From Raphidiopsis brookii D9 (GTDB taxonomy: Bacteria > Cyanobacteriota > Cyanobacteriia > Cyanobacteriales > Nostocaceae), in assembly GCA_000175855.1 (NCBI GenBank), contig ACYB01000046.1:120001-152000 (forward strand): a stretch of DNA of 32,000 nucleotides. The letters are read 5' to 3'. The first letter of the stretch is position 1. Every line of letters starts with the position of its first letter. The translations under genes were made by a program, and so were the position numbers. Shown here piece after piece: positions 18,170 to 27,526 of this stretch. The notes beneath the pieces were generated by a model. It ran no database searches. It was not told the origin of the DNA and worked only from the letters and a program-made list of their open reading frames with translations.

Positions 18170-19705
18170 ATGCTATCTAGAGTCTGGAGTGCATCCATTG
18201 TTGGTATAGATGCTGTAAAAGTAGGCGTGGAAGTGGATATTTCTGGTGGAGGATTACCAGGAATTATCATTTTAGGTTTACCCGATTCAGCAATTCAAGA
18301 GTCTAAGGAAAGGGTAAAAGCAACCTTGAGAAATGCAGGTTTTAACGTTCCTGCACGTAAGATAGTAATTAATCTGACTCCTGCAGATCTTAGGAAAGAG
18401 GGACCTGCTTTTGACGTACCTATTAGTATAGGAATTTTGGCCGCATCTGAACAAGTCAATCTTGATTTATTGGGAGAATTTTTGTTCTTGGGTGAGGTTT
18501 CCCTTGATGGTACACTCCTACCTGTTACAGGAGTTTTACCCATTGCAGCTGCTGCGGAAAAATTGGGGATTCGTAGTTTGGTAGTACCCATGGAAAATAC
18601 TCAAGAAGCAGCAGTAGTAGAGGGTTTAAATGTTTACGGTTGCACTAGCATTTTACAAGTGGTGGATTTATTAAATAACATCAAAAACCACAAAAACATA
18701 AGTTTAAAACCCACCCAGGAAAGCCTATTATCTACATCTTCTAACTCGGCGGATTTGCAGGATGTTAAGGGTCAATCCCACGCCCGGAGAGCATTAGAAA
18801 TCGCCGCTGCAGGGGGACACAATTTGATTTTTGTCGGTCCCCCTGGAAGTGGAAAAACAATGTTGGCCAGACGCTTACCAGGGATTTTGCCCCCATTGGA
18901 ATTTTCTGAATCTTTGGAAGTAACTCGCATTCATTCCGTTGCTGGTTTATTGAAAAACCGTGGTTCATTAGTGCGCGAGCGTCCTTTTCGCAGTCCTCAC
19001 CATTCTGCTTCCGGTCCATCCCTAGTTGGAGGTGGCAGTTTTCCTCGTCCCGGAGAAATTTCATTGTCCCATAGAGGTGTGCTTTTTTTAGATGAGTTAA
19101 CAGAATTTAAAAGGGATGTTTTGGAATTTTTGAGACAACCTTTAGAAGATGGATATGTAACTATTTCTCGCACTCGTCAATCAGTAGTTTTTCCAGCACA
19201 ATTTACTTTGGTTGCTAGTACCAATCCCTGTCCTTGCGGGTATTATGGCGATGGGATCCAACCATGCACTTGCTCCCCCCGACAACGAGAACAATATTGG
19301 GCAAAGTTATCAGGTCCATTAATGGATAGAATTGATTTACAGGTAGCAGTAAACCGGTTGAAACCAGAGGAAATTACCCGCGAAACCAGGGGAGAATCCT
19401 CCAAAATTGTCAGAGAAAGAGTCCAAAAGGTTAGATCTGTTACTAACCTTCGTTTTCAGTCTGAACCCCATGTTAAATGCAATGCTCACATGCAAAGTCG
19501 TCATCTACAAAAATGGTGCAAATTAGATGATACAAGTCGTAAACTTCTAGAAAATGCAATTACACGACTAGGACTTTCCGCACGAGCAAGCGATCGCATT
19601 CTTAAGGTAGCACGGACTATTGCGGATTTAGCAGATGAGGAAAACTTAAAGTCTCAACATGTAGCAGAGGCAATTCAATATAGAACTATAGATAGAATGC
19701 AGTAG
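18170..19705 (+). CDS. comM: Mg-chelatase-like AAA+ ATPase, YifB/ComM family
   Basis: 511 aa. It has an N-terminal Lon-protease-like domain (MLSRVWSASIVGIDAVKVGVEVD), Walker A GPPGSGKTM, Walker B VLFLDEL, and C-terminal SARASDRILKVARTIADL. Confidence 0.93.
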   Translation: MLSRVWSASIVGIDAVKVGVEVDISGGGLPGIIILGLPDSAIQESKERVKATLRNAGFNVPARKIVINLTPADLRKEGPAFDVPISIGILAASEQVNLDLLGEFLFLGEVSLDGTLLPVTGVLPIAAAAEKLGIRSLVVPMENTQEAAVVEGLNVYGCTSILQVVDLLNNIKNHKNISLKPTQESLLSTSSNSADLQDVKGQSHARRALEIAAAGGHNLIFVGPPGSGKTMLARRLPGILPPLEFSESLEVTRIHSVAGLLKNRGSLVRERPFRSPHHSASGPSLVGGGSFPRPGEISLSHRGVLFLDELTEFKRDVLEFLRQPLEDGYVTISRTRQSVVFPAQFTLVASTNPCPCGYYGDGIQPCTCSPRQREQYWAKLSGPLMDRIDLQVAVNRLKPEEITRETRGESSKIVRERVQKVRSVTNLRFQSEPHVKCNAHMQSRHLQKWCKLDDTSRKLLENAITRLGLSARASDRILKVARTIADLADEENLKSQHVAEAIQYRTIDRMQ

Positions 19706-19730
19706 AGAATTGTAATAGATTTTTATTTTT

Positions 19731-20387
19731 TTATTCAATTTTTTTAGCACATACATCAACTAAATCGCAACTTTCACAACTGGGAGATCTAGCTTTACAA
19801 ACCGCACGACCATGATATATTAATCTGATTGACCAGTTTTCCCATTCCGGTTGGGGTAGCAGTTCCATTAAATCTTTCTCTATGCTAATTGGTTCGGTAC
19901 TTGCTGTTAGACCTAACCGTTGAGTTAATCTTTTCACGTGGGTATCCACTGTCACCCCCGCATTAATACCATAAGCATGAGCTAAGACCACATTTGCCGT
20001 TTTTCTTGCTACCCCGGGCAGTTTTAATAGATCCTCCATCTTGTTTGGAACAGTTGAGTTAAAATCACTCACTATCATCGTACAGGCGGATTTAATGTTC
20101 TTGGCTTTGTTGCGATAAAACCCAGTAGAATGGACTAAATTCTCCAATTCTAATACATCTGCTTCTGCTAAACTCTGGACATCGGGAAAGCGACCAAACA
20201 AATCCGGGGTTACCTTATTAACTCTTTCATCCGTACATTGTGCGGAAAGAATAGTGGCCACCAAAAGTTGGACTGGGGTTTGATAGTTTAGAGAACAGGT
20301 TGCATCAGGATAAAGACGATAAAGACGAGAGAGAATTTCTAAAGCTAGTCCCCTTTTAGATAGTTTGGAGATTTTTTTATTACCCAT
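19731..20387 (-). CDS. nth: Endonuclease III (DNA-(apurinic or apyrimidinic site) lyase)
   Basis: 218 aa. It has an HhH-GPD motif (LLKLPGVARKTANVVL, VDTHVKR) and a C-terminal 4Fe-4S cluster, CKARSPSCESCDLVDVC. Confidence 0.95.
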   Translation of the reverse strand: MGNKKISKLSKRGLALEILSRLYRLYPDATCSLNYQTPVQLLVATILSAQCTDERVNKVTPDLFGRFPDVQSLAEADVLELENLVHSTGFYRNKAKNIKSACTMIVSDFNSTVPNKMEDLLKLPGVARKTANVVLAHAYGINAGVTVDTHVKRLTQRLGLTASTEPISIEKDLMELLPQPEWENWSIRLIYHGRAVCKARSPSCESCDLVDVCAKKIE

Positions 20388-20457
20388 GGAGACGCAGGAT
20401 CTGATGATTTTAATATTGCGACTAACCGGTTTTATTCGATTAGTCGGTGATTTGGAA

Positions 20458-21552
20458 TTACATTTTCTGAAATATTTGTTGGATAAAACTTAACTGGAGA
20501 GTTTCTTTAAAAATCAAGAAAATTCCCAGTCCTAGTAACACCACTAGTCCAGTTTGCATAACCCCCTCTTGAATTTTCATAGGTAGGGGTTTACCAAATA
20601 GACCTTCAATCAACAGAAAAAACAATTGTCCACCGTCCAAAGCTGGTAATGGTAAGATGTTGATAACTGCTAAGTTAATACTAATTATAGCTGCAAATGA
20701 CAGGAGATTTGCACTATTATCTGCTGCTAATTTAGCACCAATTTTGACAATGTTGACTGGACCCGACACCTGACTGGCAGTTTGTTGAAAGTTAGTGATT
20801 AGTTGTCCAAATCCTTTAATTGTGCCAACAAATAACTGCTGGAATCTCTCCCCTGCAACAGTAAAAATCTGGATGGGATTTTGAGGACGCTCGTAAACAG
20901 CCTTACCATTGGCCGCAAGTTCCACACCTACTAATCCTTTCCCTTCCGGATTTTCCCCAGGGGTAATTTGTAGGCTAATCTCCCGGTCTTGACGTTGGAT
21001 TTGGAAATCAATTGGTTGACGAGGATGGTTTTGAATTTCCTGTGTTAGGTATAAGGTGGAATCTTTACCAGCCACTAATTCACGTCCATTAACGCTAATA
21101 ACAATGTCACCTTCCCTAATACCAGCTTGATAAGCTATTGATTGCTCGTTAATTGGTTTGATTAAAACCCCAGGTTGATATTGAAATTCCTTTGGTATAC
21201 CTACAACACCTAACTGCAAAGCAAGAACCAAATAAGCAAACACCAGATTTGCCATCACGCCAGCACTAATGACAATTGCTCGATCTAGAATAGGACGATT
21301 TCGCAATAGGTTGGGATCATTGGGGGGAATTGCGCTATCAGGATCATCATCGGGGAAACCCACAAAACCACCCAGAAGGAAAGCACGAATTGTGTATTCC
21401 GTTTGTGATCCTCGATATTTTAACAAAATAGGACCAAAACCCAGGGAAAAACGATTGGCATAAATCCCTTGGGATCTAGCTGCTATAAAATGTCCCAACT
21501 CATGTACTAGGATAAGGGTCGCCAAAACTGCTATCGCTGCTAAAACTGACAT
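20458..21552 (-). CDS. rseP: RIP (site-2) zinc metalloprotease RseP family
   Basis: 364 aa. It has HELGHF near the N-terminus, a central PDZ domain (GIREGDIVISVNG) and the C-terminal motif NILPLPALDGG. Confidence 0.93.
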   Translation of the reverse strand: MSVLAAIAVLATLILVHELGHFIAARSQGIYANRFSLGFGPILLKYRGSQTEYTIRAFLLGGFVGFPDDDPDSAIPPNDPNLLRNRPILDRAIVISAGVMANLVFAYLVLALQLGVVGIPKEFQYQPGVLIKPINEQSIAYQAGIREGDIVISVNGRELVAGKDSTLYLTQEIQNHPRQPIDFQIQRQDREISLQITPGENPEGKGLVGVELAANGKAVYERPQNPIQIFTVAGERFQQLFVGTIKGFGQLITNFQQTASQVSGPVNIVKIGAKLAADNSANLLSFAAIISINLAVINILPLPALDGGQLFFLLIEGLFGKPLPMKIQEGVMQTGLVVLLGLGIFLIFKETLQLSFIQQIFQKM

Positions 21553-21625
21553 AGAGCAAATTAGTCAACATACTGAAAATATATATCCTAATTCTAGTTG
21601 GATTTTATTCTGGTTTGGGACTTTT

Positions 21626-22615
21626 TCAAGAAACAGGTTGGCTTGACTCTATTCCAACTAGTTCTCCATCATTCCATTCCAGGGTGTCACCAATGCTCTG
21701 ACCATTGTGATAAGCTGCCAATAGTATTTCACTCGTCTTACCATAGGATATGTTTCCTTTGGAATCTAGGGCGATCGCACCTAAATCTCTTTGGTTTTTA
21801 CTGGCTTCGGTAAAGGAACGCCACATTGCTTCCTTTAGAGACATCCCATCACTAACTCGAACCGCAATTTTGGCAGCTAAACACTCGTCAATGATATCTT
21901 CTCCAATACCTGTACAACTTATCGCCGCATATTTGGTAGCATAGTTACCTGCTGGCATGGCAGAATCACTTACTCTACCAATGCGTTCAAAGCCTTTACC
22001 ACCAGTGGAAGTGCCTGCAGCCAATTGCCCAAAGGTATCTAGGGCTACTACCCCAATAGTTCCCCTCCCTGCTTCCGGATCTGGGGTTTCCGGTTCGGCA
22101 ATTACTCCAGCCATAGTTCTCTTAAATTTGTCTTCCCTTTCTTGTATCCATTCTTTGAGTCGTAAATCTGTCAAAGCATTATAACTAGGAACTTGTAACT
22201 CTCGTGCTAACTCCAGGGAACCATGATCGGACAATACCCGGTCGGGAGACTGTTGCAGAAATAGGGCCATTTCAATGGGGTTTTTCACCCGAGAAACGTT
22301 AATTACTCCACTAAATTTGCCAGATGTGCCATTCATAAAAGAAGCACTCATGCGAATTTGACCGTCGGATTGCAAGACTGAACCGGTCCCAGCATTAAAA
22401 CGGGGATCGTCTTCCAGGAGTTGACAACCCCTAACCACTGCTTCGCTGGCAGATACACCAGAGAGTAGCATTGAATATACATCTTCTATGATGGTATGGA
22501 GCGATCGCCTGACGGTGGCCAATCCCCCTTTACTTTGGAGGGAACTACCTGCTCCACCATGAATAATCAGTTTAGGTTGTACTTGAATTTGTGTTGATTG
22601 TGTTGATAAGTTCAT
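21626..22615 (-). CDS. Isoaspartyl peptidase / plant-type L-asparaginase (Ntn hydrolase)
   Basis: 329 aa. It has HGGAG near the N-terminus, the autoprocessing site GTIGVVALD, and GTSTGG. Confidence 0.92.
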   Translation of the reverse strand: MNLSTQSTQIQVQPKLIIHGGAGSSLQSKGGLATVRRSLHTIIEDVYSMLLSGVSASEAVVRGCQLLEDDPRFNAGTGSVLQSDGQIRMSASFMNGTSGKFSGVINVSRVKNPIEMALFLQQSPDRVLSDHGSLELARELQVPSYNALTDLRLKEWIQEREDKFKRTMAGVIAEPETPDPEAGRGTIGVVALDTFGQLAAGTSTGGKGFERIGRVSDSAMPAGNYATKYAAISCTGIGEDIIDECLAAKIAVRVSDGMSLKEAMWRSFTEASKNQRDLGAIALDSKGNISYGKTSEILLAAYHNGQSIGDTLEWNDGELVGIESSQPVS

Positions 22616-22652
22616 TTATTAGTTTAAGTGTGTGTAAATGTGTATTTAAGTT

Positions 22653-22805
22653 TTACGTAGTTTGGGAACGACGTCGACGACACCGTTCCGAACAATATTT
22701 CACATCATCCCAACAATCTTGCCATTTTTTTCTCCAAGTAAAGGGGAGTTGACATACAGGGCAAATTTTTTCAGGTAGGTGAGATTTAGAAAGTTTACGC
22801 CCCAT
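22653..22805 (-). CDS. DUF2256 zinc-ribbon small protein (50 aa), not in the ORF track
   Basis: My translation: MGRKLSKSHLPEKICPVCQLPFTWRKKWQDCWDDVKYCSERCRRRRSQTT. The pattern KxCxVCxxPFxWRKKWxxxWxxVKYCSxRC is the DUF2256 signature as I recall it. Confidence 0.7.
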   Translation of the reverse strand: MGRKLSKSHLPEKICPVCQLPFTWRKKWQDCWDDVKYCSERCRRRRSQTT

Positions 22806-22863
22806 AGATGGAAGGTTAGAAACTGCTGCGAGTGTGTTACTATTTTATTTTAATCTTACACTA

Positions 22864-22896
22864 ATTGGATATTAATTGGATATTAGTTGGATATTT
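22864..22896. repeat. Tandem repeat, 3 x 11 bp (ATTGGATATTA / ATTGGATATTA / GTTGGATATTT); the third copy contains the pyrD TTG start
   Basis: Copies lie at 22864-22874, 22875-22885 and 22886-22896. The pyrD start TTG GAT ATT is at 22887, and an in-frame TAG at 22884-22886 blocks upstream starts. Confidence 0.9.
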
Positions 22897-24027
22897 ATAA
22901 GGCAGTCATTCTTCCCCTCTTATTTACTCTGGTAAAAGCAGATCCAGAGTGGTTACACTATGTGCTAATAAGTGGAATGGATTGGTTTCTACAACCTTCC
23001 CATCCTCATCGTGCCAGATGGTTGAAATCTTTTGTCGGAGATTCTTTGTGTGTCCATGACACTAGGTTAAAACAGAACCTCTTCGGTTTGAATTTTCCTA
23101 ACCCGCTGGGTTTGGCCGCAGGATTTGATAAAGATGCTATGGGATCTCACTTTTGGTCTATGTTCGGTTTTGGCTTGGCTGAGTTAGGTACTGTCACTTA
23201 TCACGGACAACCGGGAAATCCCCAACCTCGTTTGTTTCGCTTACCCATGGACCTAGCAGCTCTTAATCGTATGGGCTTTAATAATTCCGGTGCTGCTGCT
23301 ATGGCCGCAAGACTAACTTTGCTTTATCAACAACAGCTACCTGCCATACCTATAGGTATAAACCTCGGTAAATCTAAAATTACCCCCTTAGAAGCAGCAG
23401 CAACAGACTACCTGCAAAGTTTTCGTTTGCTAAAGAACCTAGGTGATTATTTTGTGGTCAATGTTTCTTCTCCTAATACTCCAGGACTGCGATCGCTTCA
23501 GGATAGACCCATGCTCAGTCAAATATTGGAGGTCATTCAAACAGAAAACTCTATACAAAACCAACCTAAGCCATTATTTGTCAAAATAGCACCTGACCTA
23601 GAATGGGAAGCAATAGTAGACATTATCAATCTTGCCAAAGCCTATAAACTGGCGGGGATTATTGCCACTAACACTACTATTAGTCGTGAAGGACTAAAAA
23701 CCCAAGTGATAGAAAAAACTGGTAATCCACCCCAAGCAGAACCTGGAGGAATTAGCGGATTGCCATTGCGTCAACCCTCCACAGAAATTATACGTTTTAT
23801 TTATAAACAAAGCCAGGGTCAAATACCAATTATTGGTGTGGGAGGGATTTTTACCGCAGAGGACGCCTGGGAAAAAATTAACAGCAGGTGCAAGTTTAAT
23901 CCAGGTTTACACCGGTTGGATTTATGAGGGACCAATGATGGCAAGCCGAATCTTGACAGGATTATTAGGAAAACTGCAAGATCACAGCTTGGGTTCCATT
24001 GGCGATGCGGTGGGAATCAATAATTAA
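22887..24027 (+). pseudogene. pyrD: Dihydroorotate dehydrogenase (quinone, class 2), C-terminal ~50 aa shifted by one base (real or sequencing error)
   Basis: Frame 1 reads ...[18 protein letters not shown] and then diverges into nonsense ([16 protein letters not shown]). Another frame continues with [29 protein letters not shown], the conserved PyrD C-terminus (compare E. coli EKIAAGASLVQIYSG). The extra base lies within 23872-23882 (the A6 run or the adjacent AA). Confidence 0.85.
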
Positions 24028-24029
24028 AG

Positions 24030-24755
24030 CTACCACTGCTTATTTATCCAGGGGGAAAACTCTCTATTTTTGCGGGAGTAAGACCAGGCAATTCCATCTG
24101 GGTCTCGACTACGAGTCCATTCCGAAAAATCAGGATCATTGCGTCGTTTGTAGACTGTACTTGAATAAACACCTAAGCGCTGAGCCAATTCAGACTGGAT
24201 TAGGGAACCAAAAGCTAGCTGTTTCTCCAGGGATTTGGTTTCTAAGCGATTAGTGATTTGACCTTCTTTATCTCCTTCCTTACTTTCTAAAACAAGTACA
24301 GGCGGAGATAGTAGAGATCTGGCCTCCTTGGTTACTGCTCTACCAACTGGTTTCACATCTGATTCGCTACCATCTAAAATCTCACCCAGAATACTCCCAG
24401 TGATAAAGTAGTAGTGTGGACCGTTGGTTCCCGAGTCTACCGGATTAGTACCAAATTCCTTGGCTTTCTTTTCTAGGTAGCGTTTTGCATCGTCTCCTGG
24501 AAAATTTCCCCTGATGGCCAGGTCAACCGAGGAGATTTTTCCCTGATTTTCCTCAATTAACTCATAAAAGAGAGGATTTACCTGGTCACACCATTTTTCC
24601 CACCTATACTTTTGCCACAGATTAAGACTCATGATGAGGAATAAACCTATGAGTAAAAACTTCCAGGTGTTGAGAACGACAATAATCAAAAAAGAAATTG
24701 GCACAATGACTACGAGAAAACTTTTGCCGTAGTTTTCCATGTTTGTTTGGGTCAT
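24030..24755 (-). CDS. Hypothetical membrane-anchored protein with a C-terminal helix-turn-helix
   Basis: 241 aa. It has two N-terminal TM helices (FLVVIVPISFLIIVVL, FLLIGLFLIMSL), a central soluble domain, an acidic/Lys linker, and the C-terminal HTH-like segment LIQSELAQRLGVYSSTVYKRRNDPDFSEWTRSRDPDGIAWSY. Confidence 0.6.
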   Translation of the reverse strand: MTQTNMENYGKSFLVVIVPISFLIIVVLNTWKFLLIGLFLIMSLNLWQKYRWEKWCDQVNPLFYELIEENQGKISSVDLAIRGNFPGDDAKRYLEKKAKEFGTNPVDSGTNGPHYYFITGSILGEILDGSESDVKPVGRAVTKEARSLLSPPVLVLESKEGDKEGQITNRLETKSLEKQLAFGSLIQSELAQRLGVYSSTVYKRRNDPDFSEWTRSRDPDGIAWSYSRKNREFSPWINKQW

Positions 24756-24760
24756 ACTGA

Positions 24761-24871
24761 TTTTTGCCAGGTGGCCTTTTACAGAATAATATTTCCATTA
24801 TTTCTATCTTGGCAAAAATTGACCCCTTTTTTGTATTCCCTGGCAAAATTTCCACTACTGGTTGGCAAAAA
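24761..24871. promoter_or_regulatory. Four copies of a YTGGCAAAAW motif in a ~110-bp intergenic region
   Basis: TGGCAAAA occurs on the plus strand at 24810-24818, 24841-24848 and 24863-24871, with spacings of 31 and 22 bp. It occurs once inverted at 24761-24769, 6 nt upstream of the ATG of the minus-strand HTH gene. Confidence 0.35.
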
Positions 24872-24952
24872 CCACCAATTGTTGGGGTTTTACCCTTTCT
24901 AAAATCCTACAACTGATTATCTTCCTAATTATACTCTTCAAATTTAAAAACA

Positions 24953-25633
24953 ATGGCTCACATATCTTATGAAACGGTTAAAGAACTACTCAGTTCTGAA
25001 AATTTAGGCGATCGCCTTCGTGGTGTGAATCAAATTCGGGACTTGGAACCTGCACAGGGTTTAGAATTATTACAAATTGCCATTAAAGATCAAAACTCGA
25101 GAGTGCGTTATTGTGCTGTAAGTCAATTAGACACATTAGGGGCGCAGGATTTAGGTTTTTCCCTAAACATTTTAAGAGAGTTGTTAAATGATCCTGAAGC
25201 GGATGTACAAGCAGCAGCAGCCGATTGTTTGGGGGCACTGAAACTACAAGTGGCCTTCCCCGATTTAGAAAAGCTTTACCATGAAACCCCAGAATGGGTA
25301 GTAAAATTTAGCATAATTGCCACCCTGGGATCCCTGGGAGATCCAAGGGGAGTAGATTTGCTCAAAAAAGCCCTGGAATCAGATAATGGTTTAGTTCAAA
25401 GTGCGGCCATTAGTTCCCTAGGTGAATTGGGCAACCCAGATGCAGTAACCATCCTAGCTCCCTATACTGAAAATCCAGATTGGCAAGTACGTCATCGCTT
25501 AGTTCATGCTTTAGCCAATTTGGGTGGAAAAGAGGCTAGGAAAATTCTAGACGTATTGGCTACCGACTCAGTAGAAGCAGTTGCAAAAGAAGCTGAGGAT
25601 GTTCTTAGGCATAAAATTGAGGTAGAATCGTGA
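24953..25633 (+). CDS. HEAT-repeat protein (PBS-lyase-type repeats, NblB/CpcE-like)
   Basis: 226 aa. It contains repeated units of the type RxxAxxxLGxxGDPxAVxxL (for example [63 protein letters not shown]). Confidence 0.75.
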   Translation: MAHISYETVKELLSSENLGDRLRGVNQIRDLEPAQGLELLQIAIKDQNSRVRYCAVSQLDTLGAQDLGFSLNILRELLNDPEADVQAAAADCLGALKLQVAFPDLEKLYHETPEWVVKFSIIATLGSLGDPRGVDLLKKALESDNGLVQSAAISSLGELGNPDAVTILAPYTENPDWQVRHRLVHALANLGGKEARKILDVLATDSVEAVAKEAEDVLRHKIEVES

Positions 25634-25634
25634 T

Positions 25635-26315
25635 ATGACAACAGACTACCCAAAAATTGACATTGCCCCATTTATTGATCACTCCCTGCTTTTACCTACC
25701 ACAACAGAACCCCAGGTAGAAAAGTGGTGTGAAGAGGCGTACAGATTTAATTTTGCTGCAGTTTGTATTCACCCGTCCCATGTTAAGCAAGCGGCGGAGC
25801 TATTACACAACAAAAAGCCACAAGTATGTACTGTAATTGGATTTCCCACAGGGTTGACCACCTCAACAGTTAAATTATATGAAGCACAGGAGGCGGTGGA
25901 AAATGGTGCCACGGAGTTGGATTTAATGATTAACTTAGGCTGGTTAAAAATTGGCAAGACTGAGCAATTACACCGAGAAATTGCCACAATTTGCGAACAA
26001 ACTGGCAAACCAATCAAGGTAATTTTAGAAACCAGTTTACTGACAGATGCAGAAAAAAAAGTGGCTGCTGAAATAGCCATGGATGCAGGTGCTGCATTTT
26101 TAAAAACTAGTACGGGTTGGAATGGTGGAGCAACAGTGAAAGACGTGCAGTTTTTAAAACAAATAACAAAAGAAAGAGTGGGAATAAAAGCTTCCGGAGG
26201 AATTCGGACCCATGAGGATGCCATAGATCTAATTATGGCCGGTGCAACCAGACTAGGTACATCTCGTGGAATAGACTTACTCCATCAGCGCGATCGCCTG
26301 GATACAGAAAAATAA
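25635..26315 (+). CDS. deoC: Deoxyribose-phosphate aldolase
   Basis: 226 aa. It has [30 protein letters not shown], the Schiff-base region FLKTSTGW and IKASGGIRT. Confidence 0.93.
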   Translation: MTTDYPKIDIAPFIDHSLLLPTTTEPQVEKWCEEAYRFNFAAVCIHPSHVKQAAELLHNKKPQVCTVIGFPTGLTTSTVKLYEAQEAVENGATELDLMINLGWLKIGKTEQLHREIATICEQTGKPIKVILETSLLTDAEKKVAAEIAMDAGAAFLKTSTGWNGGATVKDVQFLKQITKERVGIKASGGIRTHEDAIDLIMAGATRLGTSRGIDLLHQRDRLDTEK

Positions 26316-26330
26316 CAGGGGTAATTACTA

Positions 26331-27227
26331 ATGAACGGGAGTTATCAGGTAAGGGGAATCAATCTCAAAAGCCACTTTCTAGGAGAGTCGGATAAAATAC
26401 TCACCGTGTTAACCAGAGAGTTGGGCCTAATTAAGGCGATCGCCCCTGGTGCCAGAAAGTACCAATCTAACCTAAATGGTAGAAGTGGAATATTCATGGT
26501 GAATGAATTGTTGATTTCCCCTGGCAAATCTAACCCCACTCAAACATCAGGCCTTTATAGGATTAACCAAGCACAGACGCTCAAGACCCATGCTGGACTC
26601 AGCAAAAGTTTAGGAAAACTGGCAGCGAGTCAATATTTAGCAGAAATTGCGCTCCATCAAGCATTGGAGGAGCATCCCCAAATAGAGCTATATGACTTAT
26701 TAAATCAACATCTGGACACCTTAGATTCTCTTCCCCTAATTCCCCAGATTGCCATAGTAGCACATTTAGCCAAGGGAGTCTTTGATATGTTAAACTTAGC
26801 TGGGATAAGCCCACAGATCCAACTGTGCTGTTTAACCCAAAAACCCTTAATACCAGATTTAAGCAATCCAAAATGGCAAGCTGGTTTCAGTACAACAGCG
26901 GGGGGAACAATTTGCCTACAAACCTGGGAAAAATTCAAAAAACAGGAAAACTTTCATGAACCAAAAATCCCAGAAAATGACTTTGAAAGGGTTTTGCACC
27001 AGCAAGAGTTACCAAAAATTTCCCGTCGATTGGGAGCAAAAGAATTAATGATGCTCCAATATTTATCTCAACCAGGGATAATACAAATAGATTCAGCCTA
27101 TGATGATAGCTGGTTATCTGTTGAGCAAATCTTGCGCCATTATACTCAGTACCACTTGGGTTTTCCTATTCGCTCTGCTACGTTGATAGATTCCTATTTT
27201 GCTCCCAACCATGATGCAATCGTCTGA
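26331..27227 (+). CDS. recO: DNA repair protein RecO
   Basis: 298 aa. The N-terminal OB-fold region ([39 protein letters not shown]) is typical of cyanobacterial RecO. Confidence 0.85.
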   Translation: MNGSYQVRGINLKSHFLGESDKILTVLTRELGLIKAIAPGARKYQSNLNGRSGIFMVNELLISPGKSNPTQTSGLYRINQAQTLKTHAGLSKSLGKLAASQYLAEIALHQALEEHPQIELYDLLNQHLDTLDSLPLIPQIAIVAHLAKGVFDMLNLAGISPQIQLCCLTQKPLIPDLSNPKWQAGFSTTAGGTICLQTWEKFKKQENFHEPKIPENDFERVLHQQELPKISRRLGAKELMMLQYLSQPGIIQIDSAYDDSWLSVEQILRHYTQYHLGFPIRSATLIDSYFAPNHDAIV

Positions 27228-27526
27228 TTTAGATAGAAACAACCAGCCCTTATCACCCAAACTTAAACACAAGAATAGGGTGAAATCATACCAAGATAAT
27301 CACCAGCAAAGATCCGTGAAGGGATTTTCCATGGAAAAAACCCAGACAAGTGATTCACCAAAATCACCTCCTACCAACTCGGATCTTCCTCTAAAGGTAA
27401 ATCCTATTAATGGATCTCTTGAGACCACTCATGAAAAAGAAAAAGCAGTTTTAGAAGAAACACAGTCACAAATAGACTTAGAAGATAAAGATGGTTCTAA
27501 ATCATATCTAAAAGCTGGTGGTAAGC

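Noticed and set aside
24622-24855. A 77-aa minus-strand ORF spanning the intergenic region and the 5' end of the HTH gene.
   Set aside because: It is out of frame with the much longer 241-aa ORF, its sequence is low quality, and it covers the repeat-rich spacer. It is most likely spurious.
24761-24871. Reading the TGGCA cores as sigma-54 -24 elements.
   Set aside because: No GC-type -12 element follows at the required spacing, and cyanobacteria are not known to encode RpoN.
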